Shown here: in pieces, positions 63,023-64,000 of the stretch | Layout: the number at the start of each line of letters is the position of its first letter | Position numbering within the stretch: the stretch's first letter is position 1 | Position numbers and translations under genes: made by a program | Source: Thermoplasmatales archaeon | Lineage (GTDB): Archaea; Thermoplasmatota; Thermoplasmata; Thermoplasmatales; Thermoplasmataceae | Direction of reading: 5' to 3' | DNA: 64,000 nt | Assembly (NCBI GenBank): GCA_027372655.1 | Contig: DAICVC010000011.1 | Span: 72,138 to 136,137 of the forward strand | The notes under the pieces: model-generated | What the model was told of the DNA's origin: nothing | The model's database searches: none | What the model saw: the letters and a program-made list of their open reading frames with translations, nothing else

Positions 63023-64000
63023 TCAGATGGAGTCTATCTCGAAATTTACAAGTTTAAAGTTTACTGAATAAAGCGGAACGCTTCCCCCGTACATACTTAC
63101 TTTTTCCGTACTGCCAGACAGCTTAAATTTAAAATGGTGGAATAGCAAAAATGAAGAATAGTTTTGCCCGCTTCCAAGTAGTTCACTGTAAAGTGTATCT
63201 GCCCAGTATTTAGCGTATGAAGAGTGAATTGTGTAGTTGTATCGCAGTAGTTCTATACTATCCACAGGACCCAGTTTATTACTAAAAACATAACTATTCC
63301 CCACGGTGTAATTTGTAGCTGTCTGACTTTTCATTGTCATTGAAACTATGGTGCTTCCGCTTCCGCTAACAGAAGTTGAAATTCCCTTTTGAATGCTCAT
63401 GTTGTATGCTATTGAACTCAGAGATATTCCTCGCTTACTGGAATCTACTACCCTAATTGGAAGAGGATTGACTGTGACATAAGTAACCCCTTTACCAGCG
63501 GTAAGAACAATTCCATCCTGTAGAACTTCAGTTTCTGTTAAGGTAAACTGAGTTTGACCCTTTGAATTGATAGAGCCGTATATCTTTATGCTGGGGCATA
63601 TAGTGTAATGCAAAATTTTACTGGATGAACTGACATTGTAACACCCTATTTGATACATAAAAGTCTGGTTAGTGACAGTGCAAGTGTTGGGGGAATTAGA
63701 GTTGTACTGGGTCACTGTTGACCCACGTACCGTTCCAATATCACCGCTAAGAGAATTTGACATTACTCTTTCAAGATAGCTGTCGTATCCCCCCATAGTC
63801 GCAAATCCCCATCCAATGTCGCCAGAATAGCTTGAACTCCCAGTGCTGTTTACATCTGAAATACAGATTTCGTACGTTCCTGACGTAAACTTTAAAGGCT
63901 TATATCCAATTGTGGAATTGGTAAGAAATACCTGCACCCAACCAGTTTGATCCACTTTAATTATGCGACTTGATATAAGTTTTCCCTTGTTAAGAATTGA
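63023..64000 (-). CDS. Secreted/surface S/T-rich hypothetical protein (5' part beyond window)
   Basis: Open frame continues to the window edge; beta-rich, S/T/N-rich. Confidence 0.6.
   Translation of the reverse strand, partial: SILNKGKLISSRIIKVDQTGWVQVFLTNSTIGYKPLKFTSGTYEICISDVNSTGSSSYSGDIGWGFATMGGYDSYLERVMSNSLSGDIGTVRGSTVTQYNSNSPNTCTVTNQTFMYQIGCYNVSSSSKILHYTICPSIKIYGSINSKGQTQFTLTETEVLQDGIVLTAGKGVTYVTVNPLPIRVVDSSKRGISLSSIAYNMSIQKGISTSVSGSGSTIVSMTMKSQTATNYTVGNSYVFSNKLGPVDSIELLRYNYTIHSSYAKYWADTLYSELLGSGQNYSSFLLFHHFKFKLSGSTEKVSMYGGSVPLYSVNFKLVNFEIDSI

Noticed and set aside
1-64000. CRISPR array or rRNA
   Set aside because: No regularly spaced direct repeats or rRNA-like sequence observed

Overview
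AT-rich archaeal chromosomal segment whose gene content and protein sequences look Thermoplasmatales-like (inference; Cuniculiplasma/Thermoplasma relatives). About 1-37.5 kb and 51.9-64 kb are housekeeping: ask/asd, PiT phosphate transport, aroD, glycine cleavage, hemB, mdh, queC/queD, PCNA, RPA, MTAP, beta-CASP nuclease, UDP-sulfoquinovose synthase, ftsY, prefoldin, pgk, rpl15e, RFC-L, thermosome, taw1, ppa, plus tRNA-Arg(CCT) and tRNA-Ser(TGA). About 37.6-51.8 kb is a decaying accessory/defence island abutting the 3' end of tRNA-Ser. It carries a fused MTase/BglII-like REase with altered catalytic motifs, an Ig-like+HEPN protein, and a divergent wHTH/AbrB switch with a palindrome and a poly-C frameshift. 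It also carries an intact GmrSD-type (DUF262/DUF1524) gene, N6-MTase and HExxH-peptidase pseudogenes, a small-protein + retropepsin pair, a solo HEPN gene, an IS1634 remnant and several intact orphan ORFs that are candidate uncharacterised defence/TA modules. Outside the island, an orphan two-gene operon ends in a PIP-box-like motif, and a TnpB-like scar sits upstream of PCNA. No CRISPR array or rRNA was seen. All calls come from manual motif recognition; no database searches were run.
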